Source: Octopus bimaculoides
Taxonomy: Eukaryota
Assembly: GCF_001194135.2 (NCBI RefSeq)
Contig: NC_069001.1
Span: 186,162-250,161 of the forward strand
DNA: 64,000 nucleotides
Reading direction: 5' to 3'
Shown piece after piece: positions 61,746-64,000 of the stretch. The stretch's first letter is position 1. The number at the start of each line of letters is the position of its first letter. The position numbers and the translations under genes are program-made. Below the pieces are notes generated by a model, which saw nothing but the letters and a program-made list of their open reading frames with translations, was not told the origin of the DNA and did not search any database.

Positions 61746-64000
61746 TATTGGGACAAAAATCCTGACCCTAGGATTGCATAATAAGCTTCTCAACCACTCA
61801 GCCATGCTTGGCTTGTCTTCAGTGTTCAACCACTAACTACATAACTGACATCACAGTTAAAAGGTAGGAGATGTGAATCATGGAAGCAAGCAATCAGGAA
61901 ATATTTATGTTGCTACATGACATGCTAGAAATAGGGACCAGGTCTCCTTTAAATCACACTCTACTGTAGTAAATAAAGAAGGATACACTGAAAAAAACAA
62001 TGGACTGCTTCATTATATACATATATATATANNNNNNNNNNNNNNNNNNNNNNNNNNNNNNNNNNNNNNNNNNNNNNNNNNNNNNNNNNNNNNNNNNNNN
62101 NNNNNNNNNNNNNNNNNNNNNNNNNNNNNNNNNNNNNNNNNNNNNNNNNNNNNNNNNNNNNNNNNNNNNNNNNNNNNNNNNNNNNNNNNNNNNNNNNNNN
62201 NNNNNNNNNNNNNNNNNNNNNNNNNNNNNNNNNNNNNNNNNNNNNNNNNNNNNNNNNNNNNNNNNNNNNNNNNNNNNNNNNNNNNNNNNNNNNNNNNNNN
62301 NNNNNNNNNNNNNNNNNNNNNNNNNNNNNNNNNNNNNNNNNNNNNNNNNNNNNNNNNNNNNNNNNNNNNNNNNNNNNNNNNNNNNNNNNNNNNNNNNNNN
62401 NNNNNNNNNNNNNNNNNNNNNNNNNNNNNNNNNNNNNNNNNNNNNNNNNNNNNNNNNNNNNNNNNNNNNNNNNNNNNNNNNNNNNNNNNNNNNNNNNNNN
62501 NNNNNNNNNNNNNNNNNNNNNNNNNNNNNNNNNNNNNNNNNNNNNNNNNNNNNNNNNNNNNNNNNNNNNNNNNNNNNNNNNNNNNNNNNNNNNNNNNNNN
62601 NNNNNNNNNNNNNNNNNNNNNNNNNNNNNNNNNNNNNNNNNNNNNNNNNNNNNNNNNNNNNNNNNNNNNNNNNNNNNNNNNNNNNNNNNNNNNNNNNNNN
62701 NNNNNNNNNNNNNNNNNNNNNNNNNNNNNNNNNNNNNNNNNNNNNNNNNNNNNNNNNNNNNNNNNNNNNNNNNNNNNNNNNNNNNNNNNNNNNNNNNNNN
62801 NNNNNNNNNNNNNNNNNNNNNNNNNNNNNNNNNNNNNNNNNNNNNNNNNNNNNNNNNNNNNNNNNNNNNNNNNNNNNNNNNNNNNNNNNNNNNNNNNNNN
62901 NNNNNNNNNNNNNNNNNNNNNNNNNNNNNNNNNNNNNNNNNNNNNNNNNNNNNNNNNNNNNNNNNNNNNNNNNNNNNCAAAACATAATTTCTGCTTTTTC
63001 TTTATTCTTTTATTGTTTATTTTTTCAAGAGTTTGATTTTTTTTATTTAATGTTTTTGTTGCTTTTTTTTCTTGAGTTTATTTCTTAGTTTTGTATCATA
63101 ACCTCCACCTCCACCACCACCACCACCACTAATCCTAACACTGTCAGTACATCAACCACCACTACCACCACCAATACCACCAACACCACCACCATTAGAA
63201 ACCTCAGCACCAGTACTAAACACTGCCGCCAATACAACAACTGGTCCCACCCTTGTACTACCACCAGTACCAATACCATCATTAGTACTACCATCACCAC
63301 TACCACCAGTACCTTACCCATACAATAATTTCTTCTGGTGTCGTCAGTACCCCCCCCCCCGCCTCTCACCACTGCTCTCTTCCAGAAGGAGGCTTCAATC
63401 GCTGCTGCTGCTGCTTGGGGCACCTTACCATTCTGTTAAGCTATTTCCAGTGTTGCGTCATCTTAGAATGTTCTTGGAGTTTAGCCCCAGGTGGTCAGCC
63501 TTAACAGGCAGCTGCTCCATTTCAACCATGACCACACCCGTTCAAGCCTTGGATGACATTGTCCAATAAATGTGAGCTTCAGTTTCTAAAACACTGCAAT
63601 GTGACCTGAAGAAGTTTGCTATTTCCAGTGATTGTTGAGTCAAGCAAGAATCAAGGAGCCTGTTGACTCCCCTCCAGGAAAAAAACAGCAGTCACGTCCC
63701 CATCAATCCACTCTCAATTGCATCTTTAAACGAAGGCCACATTAACATAAAAATAAGTTCTGGGATTGATTTGTTCAACTAAACACCGCAAGGCTGTACC
63801 CCAGCATGGCCGCAGTCCAATGACTGAAGCCAGTAAAAGGTAAAATCTAAATGGTAGCTTGCTGATCACATGACTGATTAGAACCACCACCACCACTACA
63901 ATACCAACAAACCATAACCTATACATCATACCACCACTACTACCACCAACACCAGCCTCCACCCTCACCATGAGTAATAATAACACCATATTCCCCCCCC

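Larger units (their letters stand above)
1..64000. repeat. Window-wide microsatellite landscape: (TA)n, (CA)n, (GA)n, (ATT)n, (ATC)n, (CCA)n, (GTA)n, (CTT)n, (GATA)n
   Basis: Directly visible throughout. These arrays explain the YI/HT/SL/poly-X ORFs in the track, and most N-gaps are flanked by them. Confidence 0.98.

Noticed and set aside
126-63989. Most ORF-track entries ([12 protein letters not shown], poly-Q/H/D/V/L, X-runs)
   Set aside because: They are translations of microsatellites or N-gaps with no domain content.
1-64000. CRISPR arrays, rRNA, prokaryotic operons or defence systems
   Set aside because: None seen. The DNA is clearly eukaryotic and repeat-rich, with no regularly spaced repeat-spacer structure.

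Overview
AT-rich eukaryotic genomic DNA from a gapped scaffold assembly (18 N-runs), saturated with di-, tri- and tetranucleotide microsatellites. The interspersed repeats are three tRNA-headed SINE-like families (my labels A, B, C) plus RTE-LINE 3' ends with (GAT)n tails. From recall they match octopus repeats, so the source is probably Octopus sp. (inference, no database check). No complete protein-coding gene can be read, and almost all ORF-track entries are microsatellite or gap artefacts. Best-supported elements: (1) a full-length but inactivated Tc1 (DD34E) transposon with TIRs at 30410-31628; (2) a 5'-truncated R4/Dong-type LINE inserted into the (TAA)n tail of a SINE at 11232-11609; (3) several RTE fragments; (4) a Penelope-like terminal fragment with hammerhead-ribozyme core motifs at about 4530-4898, with a related copy at about 16920; (5) a stand-alone degenerate tRNA with a Pol III terminator at 56541-56612. 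A few short plus-strand segments (33818-33931, 35349-35405, and more weakly 22222, 42274, 44388, 59106) look like exons of an unidentified large-intron gene. Several compact transcription-factor motif clusters suggest a regulated locus. I did not find a convincing novel multi-gene system; the hammerhead-like repeat, the hidden exons and the tRNA-like unit are the best leads.
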